A DNA stretch of 64,000 nt, taken from assembly GCA_001643675.2 (NCBI GenBank), contig LSRY02000039.1, forward strand, positions 558,001 through 622,000, read 5' to 3'. The notes under the pieces are model-generated. The model was not told the origin of the DNA. It made no database searches and was given only the letters and a program-made list of their open reading frames with translations. This DNA is from Monocercomonoides exilis PA203. Lineage: Eukaryota > Protista > Preaxostyla. This document shows, piece by piece, positions 40,385 through 52,069 of the stretch. Every line of letters begins with the position of its first letter. The first letter of the stretch is position 1. The position numbers were made by a program, and so were the translations under genes.

Positions 40385-40888
40385 TTTGTGTGTTGGGTAT
40401 TTTTCGATCGAATAATGATCTTATGCCTTAATGCAGAATTTTAAGATCACAACAATTTGATCAATTTACTCTTTTTAATTCAAAATTTTTCGTCTTTTAA
40501 TCCAATTAATCACTACTTTTTCTTGTTATGACGTGTTAATAGAATACAATTATTTATGTGAGTGGATATATGATTTTCGTATTTTTATTTTCGAAAATAT
40601 CAAAAATTAACAATTAATTATCAATTGTTATTCTCCTTTCGATAAAATTTTTATATTATGAAAAAATTTTTATATTGTGACTAAATGCTTTCATATAGTG
40701 CATAAAGATGCTAATTGCATTTTCAAATTTTAACTGAAGGGAAAAAATTATCACTTCAAAAATAAAAAAGTCAAAACTTTTCATTTCTTTGCAAATTATG
40801 AAAATGCAATTCTGAGTTAGTGAATACAGTAGCAAATAATCATTTTTTGAGAAAATAATAAAAAAATGGATGTAGTTTCTTGTAAAAC

Positions 40889-41578
40889 TTAAAAAAGAAT
40901 TGAGGAAATGATTGGAATTGCAGAAGCAAAAATACAAAACATAACAGGAGCTTTTGAAGTGAAAGCAGAAGATTGTGAATGAGACGGATTTGAAGGAGGA
41001 GCCTCATTATTTGGAAGAGAAATGGGGTTTTTATTTGGATCTTGAGGATGAGCGGAATTGGATTGAGTCAAAGCTGTGAGCGGTGAAACAGGTGGAAGCA
41101 AGTCCACGTCAGTATACGTGCAGTCAGAATAACCCTGATTCGTCCTTTTACTTCCAAAAGATGAAGATCTAATGTTGAGGTGAATCGAAGAGCAAATTTC
41201 CGTTCCGTCTTCTATTGGAAAGCCGCATGCCGTGTAAAAATTCGTGCACACGTCCATGCAAGTATCAAGAGACTCCAAATGATCTTTTGAACAAGATGGA
41301 TATGAAACTGCGCATGAATATGCAAGAAATGCATTTTTGCATTTGTCGCTTGCATTTTTTGAATAAGGCTTATCGTTAAAAAGTTCAATAATTTCAGCAA
41401 ATTTTTGTTCCTGCTCGGATGCATTCCATATGCAAACATCGTACGATGCAAGTGGTTTGCAAAGTGAGCTATTCAACGAGGTAGATAGTGTTGGTTGAGG
41501 AAAACTTGAACAAGATTGACATTTTCGAGAAACCACTTTTGAAAATATAGTCAAACATATGAAAAAACTTATTGTCAT
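40889..41578 (-). CDS. Secreted, probably GPI-anchored Cys-rich protein with Frizzled-CRD-like domain
   Basis: Signal peptide, CKNAFLAYSCAVSYPSC...CMDVCTNFYTACG...C spacing, Ser/Pro stalk and terminal hydrophobic tail; intronless. Confidence 0.7.
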   Translation of the reverse strand: MTISFFICLTIFSKVVSRKCQSCSSFPQPTLSTSLNSSLCKPLASYDVCIWNASEQEQKFAEIIELFNDKPYSKNASDKCKNAFLAYSCAVSYPSCSKDHLESLDTCMDVCTNFYTACGFPIEDGTEICSSIHLNIRSSSFGSKRTNQGYSDCTYTDVDLLPPVSPLTALTQSNSAHPQDPNKNPISLPNNEAPPSNPSHSQSSAFTSKAPVMFCIFASAIPIISSILF

Positions 41579-42171
41579 CTTTTAAAGGAAACTTGAGAAA
41601 GAATAAAAATACAAATATTTTAAGATAAGAAAAGCAAATAAGAACTTTAGCAAAACCTTCGCATCTGTAAATTCTCCTTTTAAATCTTAATTTTGATTCA
41701 GATTTCTTTCATAATCAAAAAATAAAGCATTTTCAATTGTCATCCGTTGTTAATCAATCATTCTTGCAAAATAATGCAAAATGAAAGAAAAGATCAAAAA
41801 TGTTGTAACTAATAATAATTCATTAAAACTAGAAACATAAAAACTAACGAAAAGTTGGATAATAATAACTATCATTAATGGCATAAATAATTCTGCTCAT
41901 TAACATAAAAATAAACAAATCAAATGGAAATTTCCTCAAATTGATATGATGAAATGTTCAATAAAAGCTCTCTAAAATAAAGATGGTATCAAATATTCGC
42001 ATAAAATAATCAACATACTAATAATATAAAATGCAAAATGCAAATAATGTATAACACAAAAAATATACACATTCAACATGAAAAAACATAAATTAAAAAT
42101 CACTAAAAATGATAAATAAAAATGTAAAGTCAAAAAGATATGCAATAATTTTGATAATAATAACACTTAGT

Positions 42172-42786
42172 TCACAGAGAATTTGTGCTTGTATATTTTA
42201 TACAAGCTGTAACTTTATCAAAAGGCTGGATATATGTGTGGTATATCTGATCAAACTCGCATTCGTCCACTGAACATTTATAATCAATATTTTGCAAAAA
42301 CGCTCTTTCTGAAGCATTTAACAATTCAAGTGGTATTCCCAATGATCTGCTCCAAAAAGAATTTTTGAAAGGAATATCTCTCAATACTTTTTGAGAAATA
42401 ACAACAGAACAAAGAAGGACTGTTCCAAGGGTTGATGGTCTTATTGTTCCCATTCCTCCAAGTTTTCTTTCAACTTTTTCCCATTCGATGAGCCTTTGTA
42501 TCATTAAAAAGGCATGAAGAACTTCTCCGATACTCAGCCCAGCTATGTCTCTTGAAAAAGAAAAGAAAGAATAAATCTGTTGTCCGCTTAAATCTAAATT
42601 GCACGTTTTTGAAACACTTCCGTTTGATGGCAATGTTTTATTTTGCTGTGCAAAATCAGAAAATGTTTCCGAAAGAAGCTCGCTTATTTGCTTTGATATT
42701 TGCTGTAAAAGCGATGAAGATGTTTGAGAAGCAGCATATTTGTATGTAGATCCTAAGTCAACAGTAGATGTTCCCTGTGATAGCAT
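42172..42786 (-). CDS. PHO80/cyclin-P-like cyclin
   Basis: LLCSVVISQKVLRDIPFKNSFWSRSLGIPLELLNASERAFLQNIDYKCSV matches the cyclin-box pattern K...D....N..W....G....LN..E..FL..IDY. Confidence 0.85.
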   Translation of the reverse strand: MLSQGTSTVDLGSTYKYAASQTSSSLLQQISKQISELLSETFSDFAQQNKTLPSNGSVSKTCNLDLSGQQIYSFFSFSRDIAGLSIGEVLHAFLMIQRLIEWEKVERKLGGMGTIRPSTLGTVLLCSVVISQKVLRDIPFKNSFWSRSLGIPLELLNASERAFLQNIDYKCSVDECEFDQIYHTYIQPFDKVTACIKYTSTNSL

Positions 42787-42894
42787 TTTGCTTTGAGATT
42801 GAATTTTGTTATTGAAACAAGAAATTTTTTCTTATTGATAAATAATGGGAGAAGCTCCCTAAATTTGAGCGTCACGGGGATTTTTACACTATAT

Positions 42895-43071
42895 GGGACG
42901 AAATATTTTGCTTAATGAATTTTGTTCCATTCAACTCAAACAAATATTTTTCTCAATTTTAGAATTTTTCTGTATTTTTTTGACTCGGTAATGAAAGAAC
43001 AATAATGATAAGGTTGGAGAAAAAGTTTGGTTCAAATCGTTGTTTTTTCATAAATGAAATAATTATGCTCC
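42895..43071 (-). mobile_element. ~180-bp MITE family, uninterrupted copy, ATAT TSD
   Basis: ATAT|GGGAC...GCTCC|ATAT; collinear with the 16725 and 9894 copies. Confidence 0.75.
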
Positions 43072-43490
43072 ATATATTATTTATTGTTTTTAAAATGAAA
43101 ATTAATATTTCGCAAAAGTTTTCGTTTATTAATTCGTGAAAGTGTGTTTTTAATCACATTCATATTTCTATTTGCCATTTATCTTTTTGTTTTTGCGATT
43201 TTCAATTTCTCTTTAAAAAAAATGAATACAGTAGTTTTGAATGCATTGGATTAAATAAAATATAGATTGCTTGTTTTCCTTTCGAAAAAGAAATAGAAGA
43301 AATTAAAGACTTCAATTCAATAAACGAATGCACGCTCAATGTTAGAATTAATCGGGAATGACTAAAAATGTTGTGTCAAATGAAATGGAAATAAATACAA
43401 AAGATGAGATGTATTTGATATTCAATATTCCGAAAAATATTTGTTTGTTTGTTTGTTTGTTTTTTCATGACTTTCTTTGCTTCCTCGCTT

Positions 43491-44990
43491 GGCAAATGGT
43501 ACTTATGAGCAACCTCACAAATCTTCACAAAACAAAGAAATTATCAAAGAGAGCATGTTGTTTTTTTACATTAAAAAAGAATGATATGTGGAAAAATCGG
43601 TATTTATTTATCAGCCTCCCATTCAGAAGCATCAGCTCCATCCCCAATCCCATCTGATGATGTATCTGTTTCTAATTCATAATCTGATTCTTAAGATTCT
43701 TCTTCGTGCAGCATTTCTGCACCAGCTTCTTCTTCCTCTTCTTCTGGACCAAAAGCTTCATCCTCAAGAGCTTTGTATTCTTCATCACTGAATTTCATAA
43801 CATTCGACACAAAAATAAAAAAATCAACTTTTCGATTTCTGAAAAACAAAAATGAATAGATATATTCTTGCATTCAATTTTGTCTCACTCCATGTGAAGT
43901 CAGGAACATTCGAAGTGCAGCCCACGACGCTTCAATATGATTTGTGCAAGCTCCTGTGATTGGATCTGAATAAGTGTAAAATAACATCATGAAAAAAGAC
44001 AATTAAAAAAGAAAGAAATACCTGTAAAATGCTCGGAATGATTGACAGTCTTGTGCGTGAATCCATTCTCACTCATAGAAGGATATGCTTTCCATTGATC
44101 AGATGATATTTCTGTTCCGGGACGAATATATTTTTTTATTGACTGAATTAATACTGAAGCAGATCCGTTGGCCACAGGATAAACAAATGCTTATCCTCCA
44201 CGTTCCTGAGCACCGAAAATCCAAATTTGCTTCTTGGCACGTGTTAATAAAAAAAAGTTCAATTGATAATTAAGTTTCAATAGATAAAAATTCAAAACAT
44301 CTCTTGAATTTCCACCTTCTCCAAACAGCTTCGTCAATTTCTGCAAAGCAGCCAGGTCATCTGATGGGAGTTTGAATTCCACCAATCATCTAAGTGCTTG
44401 TTCTCCTGCAAATGCAATGATAATTAGAAACACTATGTCTTTCGAATAAAGTTAGAGATAATGTTTGTTTAATATTGAGATGATAGTCAAAGAAGAAAAG
44501 GATCAGAATAAGATTTGCAATTGAAAGCCTTGATTTTGAAAACGGAGTTCCTGTTTTATTAGAGACTTCTTTACGGTATTTGCTGCATCTGAAGAACCAT
44601 TTTCCTTCGCTTCCTCTAATCAAAATCATTAATGAACAACATGTTGCTATTGGGTATCTTCTGACAGTGTTAATCACATTGTCGTTAGGCCGTTGCATGT
44701 TTTCTCCATTATCGCAAATAATCTTCAATAAATTATGATTTTTCTCCATCAAATGATTAAATATTTGACATTCGTTAATGTTTTTGGTATTATATATATA
44801 CTCATCAATAAAAATCCGATAATTATGTGCATAAATATTTTGATTGTTTGAAGGGTTGATCAATAATTTTTTCAATAAAATCAGATTTTTCCACTAATTA
44901 ACGATTGAATAATCTTTTCAAATGTGCTTTGAACATATGATCTAAAGTTGATCTTTAATTTGGCAAGGTGGCGTATAAGTGCCATATGCC
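43491..44990 (-). mobile_element. Merlin/IS1595(ISXO2)-type DNA transposon, ~1.5 kb, decayed
   Basis: Imperfect 24-bp TIRs GGCAAATGGTACTTATGAGCAACC / GGCATATGGCACTTATACGCCACC (19/24) bracket the transposase; no clear TSD. Confidence 0.7.
43608..44749 (-). pseudogene. IS1595/ISXO2-like DDE transposase with spliceosomal introns
   Basis: Zn-ribbon-like N-terminus (WFFRC...GTPFSKSRL), AEIDE, IWIFG..ERG, IRPGTEISSDQWKAY, VNHS..F|DP.TGACTNHIE. Intron 44021-43966 (GTATTT...TTCAG); several in-frame stops; acidic tail. Confidence 0.88.
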
Positions 44991-45029
44991 CGCCTTTATG
45001 CTTCATCAGCATAATTATTGTTCTTGTCA

Positions 45030-45121
45030 TTTTTTTTCTTTTTCTTTTTTTTTCTTTTTTTTTCTTTTTTTTTTTCTTTTTTTTCTTTTTCTTTTTCTTT
45101 TTCTTTTTCTTTTTTTTTTTT
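45030..45121. repeat. T-rich / (TTTTTC)n low-complexity tract
   Basis: Direct inspection; lies just outside the Merlin TIR. Confidence 0.85.
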
Positions 45122-45129
45122 ATGGAATA

Positions 45130-46810
45130 GCTATTTCACTTGCCTTATTCTGAAACCTCGTATTCTTTACTTCTTCCTTTCCATCACCCTTTCAATCTTT
45201 TGATGTTCCACTTCCCGAATGAAAACATACAGACTTATAGCAGATCTCAATCCGTTCTGTGCAGGATGTACTAACATGAACAATCAAAACAAATTTTAGA
45301 GATTCAACAATTGAACAATCCAGTGCAAATATGAACAATCACTTTCCTTTCTTAAAGTGTCATCAACTGGAAATTCTGCTCTCTCTCTCTCCCTCTCTTT
45401 CTCTTTCTCTTTCTCTTTCTCTTTCTCTTTCTCTTTCTCCTGCTCAGACAACATCAAAACAACCGATGGAGATGGATAACTTCAAAACCATCTTCGACGC
45501 ATAAACTGATTCCTTCTCGCATTCGTGCAACGCATATTCACAATTTTCTCCTTTTTTTTCGTTTTTCTATGTAACTTATTTGAATAATCATCTTTCTTCA
45601 GTTCTTTATGCAAGATCAATCTCTTGCTCTTCTTGTGCCACCTTTGCTGATTCCCGCAAATGTACAACTGAAACTCCAAATGACGCTTCATATCATCATC
45701 AATAGAAATTATTAATCAATTTTCAATCGTGTTGTCTTTTCACGAAACATATTGAATCAAAACTTTGTTTCATTGAATGAAAAACATAAAAATAATTGTA
45801 TTTGCTTTTCCATTTTATTGTTTCTGTGTTTTTTGGATTTTACTCTTCAAATAACATGCTGAAAATCGTTCATGTTGAAGGAGAAGGAGAAGGTGGATCA
45901 ATTTTCTGTTAATTCATTTTATTAATAGTTAGTCTGATTTGCACTTGAGGAAGAAGATTGACCGATCGAGATAAATGTTGTGGAGATGCTGAGGAAAGTG
46001 GGAATGTTCATATAAATGCATTTGGAGGAAATGATATTCAGACATGCGTGATAGGAATGCATTTAAAGTTTATAAAGCAAGTTGAACGTGAAGAATAGTG
46101 ATGGTGAGCATGAATAAAGAAATCCAGGAATAGCCTGGCACCAAGGAAGAGTAATAAATGAAGGGGAAACAACAATTAAATGAAAATGACATGGAAGACA
46201 ATAAAGGGAAGTGAATCAGTGACTTTGGTGAAAGATTAGGACGAAAAAGGTATTAATATTCTATTCATCTGATCCCTTGAATTTATTTAATCAGACAAAC
46301 TTCGAACAACTCTTGCCTTGTCCGTTCAAATGGATAAAGTCCAAGACAGGATCCAGTGAAGACTGATCTTTATTCTGTTTCATTGCAACAAATATCTGAA
46401 AATAAAATATCGATACAGAACGCAAACTCACCATTGAAATTGCAAATTCCGCATCGGTATCGATAGAAAACGCTAATCTCCTGCTTCATTACTTTGTGTT
46501 GTTTCCTTTCCTCTTCTCAATTGTGATCAAAATCTTGCCTTTGAGATTGCCAGTCACGTTTATCTCCCAAAAACACTCTGATCAGTATCGCTTTGTTATT
46601 TTTTCAAAAAGCAGTACAATTTTGAGTTATCTTTTTTTTTTTTCACAGCTTTTCATCTTTGGATTTCATACAAATGATTCTCCAATTGAGTTGATCAAAT
46701 TGCTTCATCTTAATGGAGTCGAAAAGAATCCAAATCTTTTGAAAAATATTCCCTTTTTTAATTCTAATTTCGACTTTCTTCCTTGTAATTCACCTCAACA
46801 ATCTGTAATT
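45130..46810 (-). pseudogene. Decayed coding remnants, family unresolved; includes (TTTCTC)n at ~45378-45438
   Basis: Coding-like composition with frequent stops and no intact frame. Confidence 0.3.
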
Positions 46811-47203
46811 TGAAGTTATATTTTTGTTTGTTTGCTTGTTGGTTGGTTGGTTGGTTGGTTTGTTTAATTCTATTGTTTTTTAAAATGAAAGAAAAATGCA
46901 AAAACCTTTAAATAAACAAAAACAATTTGAAACATTTTCAAAAAAAGATTCAATTTATTCAAAAATTATACGATATGATCATAAAAAGATTATCTTCAAA
47001 AACATTAATATATGCATTCTTTTTTTATTGTAACTTATCGAAAATGAGCATTTCAAAAAGGATGGTTAGAGTTCTGAAATTTTCATGACTGTGTCATACT
47101 TCAATAATTCGTCAATTTTTGCTTTATTGCTTTGGGTTGTTTTCTTTATAAATGGTGAATTGCAAAATTTACTGAATGTCACAAATTTTCAAAGTTGCAA
47201 GAG

Positions 47204-48600
47204 ATGACTACCACTGAAAAATTCATTTGCATGTAATTTCTGTTGAATTTGGATTCGCGTTGATTGTTTTTTCTTTTTCAGATTTGTTTTCTGAGCTGGA
47301 GAGTTGTAACGAAGATGAACGGAATCAGAAAGTCTTTGAAATGAATTAACTGATAGAGGAGATGGATAACGAAGAATTCGGTTCTATTTTCACCGTGGAG
47401 CTGATCGACAGAATGGACAATTTAATTGAAGATAGGAAACTGTTTTTGGAAAATGCAATTTTGTTGTTGGCATGGGACATCGCAAAATGTTGATGAGCCC
47501 ACTAGTGAATGGCTTTGAATAATCCACATTGGAAAAAAGATTCAAAAAGATGATAACTGATGAAAAGACGAAAAATGAAGGAAAAAATGAAAATTTTCTT
47601 GCTGATCTCAGTGAATGTCATCTTTTGCTAAGCGGCTGGTTTTCTTCAAAATTATTATCAATTTGTGTGCCTTGCCTTCTGAAAGTGACGTTGAAGAGGG
47701 AGAAAAACGATGAAGTTCAAAAAGAAGTGGAAATGTCTTTGCTTGCATTGAGCAATGTTGAACATTATGTGTGAATATTTCTATTTTATTTTTGAAATTC
47801 TTGATATTTTTCTTGTTTTCGATAAGGAATTGGGAAAAAAACTGTATATGAACGAGATCAAAGAAATCATCAAGTATCATCTGTAACAACAGAACCTGAC
47901 ACGACTGGCTTATCAATCTGCTTGGAAGTTTTTGATTTACAGATTATTCACAGACAAAAGCTTGGAAGAACTAATCGTGAATGAGCTGCACTTTCTGAGA
48001 GAAGCAAGAAGAGAATTGGAAGAGCTATCAAAATGTGTTGATTGGAAGAGAGAAAAAGAAAAGGAGGAGAAGGAGAAGAAAAGAAGGGAAACGAAAGAAG
48101 TGATTGTTTCAAAGAAATGGATTATTGTACTAAATTCATATTTATTCATATGCAAATTGATGGACAATAATTTTGAAAAGATGATAGCCATTATTGTGGG
48201 AATACATCGAATAGCAAAGAATAATTATAGACAAGTTTGTGATCAGTGCCTGAAGTTATTGAGAACTGCAGTCGGAAACAGGTCTGTGGAAATTGATTGT
48301 TTGTTGAAAAGTGGAGCTTTTGGTATTGCTTTGGAGGAGATCTCTCAATCAAATGTATGTTTGCAACGACTTATTTATTGCTTGTCATTTTTCAGGGAAC
48401 TTTGTGAAAGACTGAATAAAAAGACGGAGATAGAAAGCAATAAAGCGAAACGAAAAGATATGAAAAGAATTGTATTCGAAGAGATGGAAAAAGAAGGATA
48501 TGAAAATTGTATCCTCAATTTACGTCATTGCTTTGAAACAAAAACAAGAAAAAATTTTATCTTTGTTGGAAGTATTTCTATTTATTTTATTATTTATTGA
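47204..48600 (+). pseudogene. YHQEH family copy C, disabled
   Basis: Same exon layout; stops near 47347 and 47884 and a frameshift near 47470. Retains CVPCLLKV, NLTRLAYQSAW and MEKEGYEN. Confidence 0.85.
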
Positions 48601-49928
48601 TCCAAATATATTTTGATTTGCTCCATTTTTGTGTTTTCACAACTTCCTGCTTCGGAAGAAATATTTGACCGTAAAAAGAAAAAAACTTTTGTTGATTTGA
48701 AAAATCGCATAAACGTTTTCTTAAATTGCAGCTTATCATTGCAATATTTTAGCAAAGTGAAGGATGAAATATTCATTGGGTTGTTTCAAATTTTTCTTAT
48801 GAAATCATTTGAAATTAAAAATTGCATATGTTTTTAACAGTTGTATAAATAAATCTGATGTATAATTTATTTTTTTTTCTATTTTTAATTTTTTCCAAAA
48901 AGACAAAGTTTCCAAAAATAACAAAAAATATTTTTCACTTGTTATTTGTGTCATAATTTTTTAAAGCATATTTTCGTTGAAAAAAATTTCTGGTTTGAAT
49001 ATCACTCTTCAATATACAAAAATTAACATAAAGGGGTGATTGATCTATTTAATGAAACTTCTGCTTTTTTTTCGATCTAACTTTGGCTTTTGGAATAATT
49101 GACATGCATTCGATATTCGGATGAAAATAATTTGGCTAAAAAAAAAACAACTTCAGAAAAAGCAGCACCCAGAAATAAGTTTTGATTACACATATCATCA
49201 CCCATCTTTTTAATGACGCCAATGCTATTTTTTCCTATTCTAACAAAGGATTTTGAAACGATCGATAAACATATAATATTTGAATGAAAAATATTTACCA
49301 AAAGACAATGTATTTTCATAATTGCAAAAATGCTTTTAATAGTCATTATTACAAAAACAATCACCAATTCGTTTGGAACATCTCGGACCAAAACTCTTTT
49401 TCTGTTATATTAAACTTTAATGGAAATTTAGAAAAATGAAAGATTTTCAGTTTTTCTAATATTTTCCACTTCTGATAACATGGATGATTATTTTTGAAAT
49501 CATATTTTCTCATAACAAAGTTTCGGTTCGAAATATTTTCTTGAATATAAACAAAAGAACACTAAAAAGTGAAAATACTAACAAAAGATATCTTCTTCTT
49601 AATTATAACTTAAAAACTGTGTTTTTTATGCAGTTATGATAGTTTTTTAATCTGAATTCAAAATCTCTTCCCAATGAAAGACTATCTTTGAAAAAACAAC
49701 ACACCGAAAAAAGTTATGATTTCAAAAATAATCCCACACATGTTAAATATTCTTTTGTTTCGTAATTATGTAAAGTTTGTTTTTTTAGTGAGTATTATTT
49801 GTTTTCGATGATTTTTTTATTGTCGAAATTCTATTACAATTTTCTCTGAGGCACTTTGCTTTATGTTTGAAAATAATTGGAAAGTGTTTAAAATTTATTA
49901 ACAAAGTTTTGATGGTGTTCAAAATATA

Positions 49929-50246
49929 TGACAAGATCGTTTTCTCAATAACTGCATGAGAAGAAATTCTGATAACTTTCAACAAAACATTTCTCATCAA
50001 TACAAACTCATTTGATATACGAGACTTTCATTTTTTTGTTGATTGAATATTGAAAAAAACAATTATCGAAGTCTTGGAGAAATAGGATTTTTAGTTTCTC
50101 AGAGATTTCAAAAATTATTTTTCAAACTCAATCAACAAGAAAATGAAAGTCTCGTATATCAAATGAGTTTGTATTGATGAGAAATGTTTTGTTGAAAGTT
50201 ATCAGAATTTCTTCTCATGCAGTTATTGAGTAAAACGTTTTTGTCA
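49929..50246. repeat. Hairpin with perfect 91-bp arms inside longer imperfect arms
   Basis: 49944-50034 is the exact reverse complement of 50140-50230; mismatched pairing extends on both sides. Confidence 0.88.
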
Positions 50247-50363
50247 AGAATTCATTGAAATAACTATCCTTGAAAAACAATTTGATCTTTATTATTCCCG
50301 TTCTCAATTTCGTCAAAAATTCATTTTATCTAATTTTTTTAAAATTAAAAAAAAAAGACAGTT

Positions 50364-50604
50364 GTCTTAAATTTTTGAAAAGTTGCTTTTTGTTTTATTC
50401 TCAAAGAAAATAAAAATTTCTTATTTTGATCAAATTTCTGTTTTCACTCACCAAATATTGCTGTTATGTGAATAATATCTTGACAATGTTTTTATTTCAG
50501 TTTTTGTGAAGTTTCGTGAGTGAGAACCGAAATTTGATCGAAATATGAAATTTCTATTTTATTTGAAAATTGAACAAAAGGAACTTTTCAAAAAAATTTC
50601 AGAC
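50364..50604. mobile_element. ~240-bp fold-back element copy 2, AGTT TSD
   Basis: AGTT|GTCTT...AGAC|AGTT; highly similar to 16844-17087 including the loop (caccaaatat.gctgt.atgtgaa). Confidence 0.85.
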
Positions 50605-50664
50605 AGTTTGAAAGTTTTTTTTCAGTATAAATCCCATCATAATTGATAATTTGAGATTTAAAGA

Positions 50665-50830
50665 AATGTGAAGAAATTTTTTTCTTCATGAATTTTGTAC
50701 AAAACAATCCAAACAAAGATTTTTCTCAACTTATAAGTATTTCACTGTATTTTTGCAAGAGAATGTCAGGATAACAATTTCACGAACACAGAAAAAGCTT
50801 GGTACAACTCATTTGTTTTTTCATAAATGT
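50665..50830 (-). mobile_element. Diverged ~180-bp MITE copy, cut off where the palindrome begins
   Basis: atgaattttgt, caaacaaa.atttttctcaa, gaaaaag.ttgg and tgttttttcataaatg match 42895-43071 in order. Confidence 0.55.
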
Positions 50831-50831
50831 G

Positions 50832-51531
50832 TAGTTAGTGTTTATAATGGCGGACACTTTCAATAACTGTGGATAGTCGCATTATCTCGACAACCGTTGA
50901 TGGTTGCATTTTGATAATAAACACAATTATTCCCTCAATGAATATGAACTTATAAGACATACAAAAATGAAACAACTCACTTCTTCGAATAAAGAAAAGA
51001 ACATTTTTATTTTTCGTAGAAACTATAGAATCTTCTTTCTTAGTGTTTCTCCGAAAAATATGTCTATATTTTTTAGAAAAGTTCCATTTGTTTTGTTTTC
51101 AAATAAAGAAAAATTTTTATATTATTATCAATTATCTGTTCCAACTCACCAAATTTCTCTGTCATGAAAGTCAAATCTTGACAATATTCACATATTGATT
51201 TGTTTGTGGTTTTGTGAGTGACAACAGAAATTAGATAGAAATATATAATTATTTCTTTATTTGATTATTAAACAAAAGGAACTTTTCTAAAAAATATAGA
51301 CATATTTTTCGGAGAAACACTAAGAAAGAAGATTCTATAGTTTCTACGAAAAATAAAAATGTTCTTTTCTTTATTCGAAGAAGTGAGTTGTTTCATTTTT
51401 GTATGTCTTATAAGTTCATATTCATTGAGGGAATAATTGTGTTTATTATCAAAATGCAACCATCAACGGTTGTCGAGATAATGCGACTATCCACAGTTAT
51501 TGAAAGTGTCCGCCATTATAAACACTAACTA
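50832..51531. repeat. 700-bp palindrome with perfect 254-bp arms
   Basis: 50832-51085 is the exact reverse complement of 51278-51531 (mirrored ORFs 50904+ and 51459-). Confidence 0.92.
51062..51301. mobile_element. ~240-bp fold-back element copy 3 at the palindrome centre
   Basis: ATAT|GTCT...AGAC|ATAT; same length and internal blocks (gaaaagttcc, ctcaccaaat, tcttgacaat, gtgagtg, ggaacttttc) as copies 1 and 2. Confidence 0.8.
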
Positions 51532-52069
51532 TATGAATTTGACCACAGATTTGTGTCATAAACCTTGCAATTGGAAAAAATTCAATAATATGTACCACAC
51601 TATCTCTGCTTCGAATTATTGCAACTCAAACATTATCGTGAATAACAACATATTTGAATATAAAAAAGTTGAGGAAAATCTTTGAAAGCATTGCGTGGAA
51701 CAAAATTCATAAATCATAAAAATTTCGTCCAATTTTTGCACAATTATATACAATGAAAATTCACAAGAAAATGTACCGAACACCTTAATGCACGAAAAAA
51801 TGTGATTATTCAAAACTTAATAAAAATCGAGGTGACTACTACGGAGTTTTACTGTGACAAGCATTTTCAAAAGAAACGCACAACAAAAAACAAAAATCAC
51901 TTTATATATTTAAGAAAAAATAATAATTCTTTTCATATAATAATTTTGTCTATTTTTGGAATAAAATTGGAAAATGTTAAGATAAATTTTAAATAACCAT
52001 GATTCTTTGAGAAATATTTATCGTATGTTGATAAAAGTCTATTAATTTAGAGAAATCACTCCATATCAC

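Noticed and set aside
50904-51459. Duplicated MHFDNKH... ORFs as genes
   Set aside because: TTG starts and AT-rich composition; they are a by-product of the palindrome.
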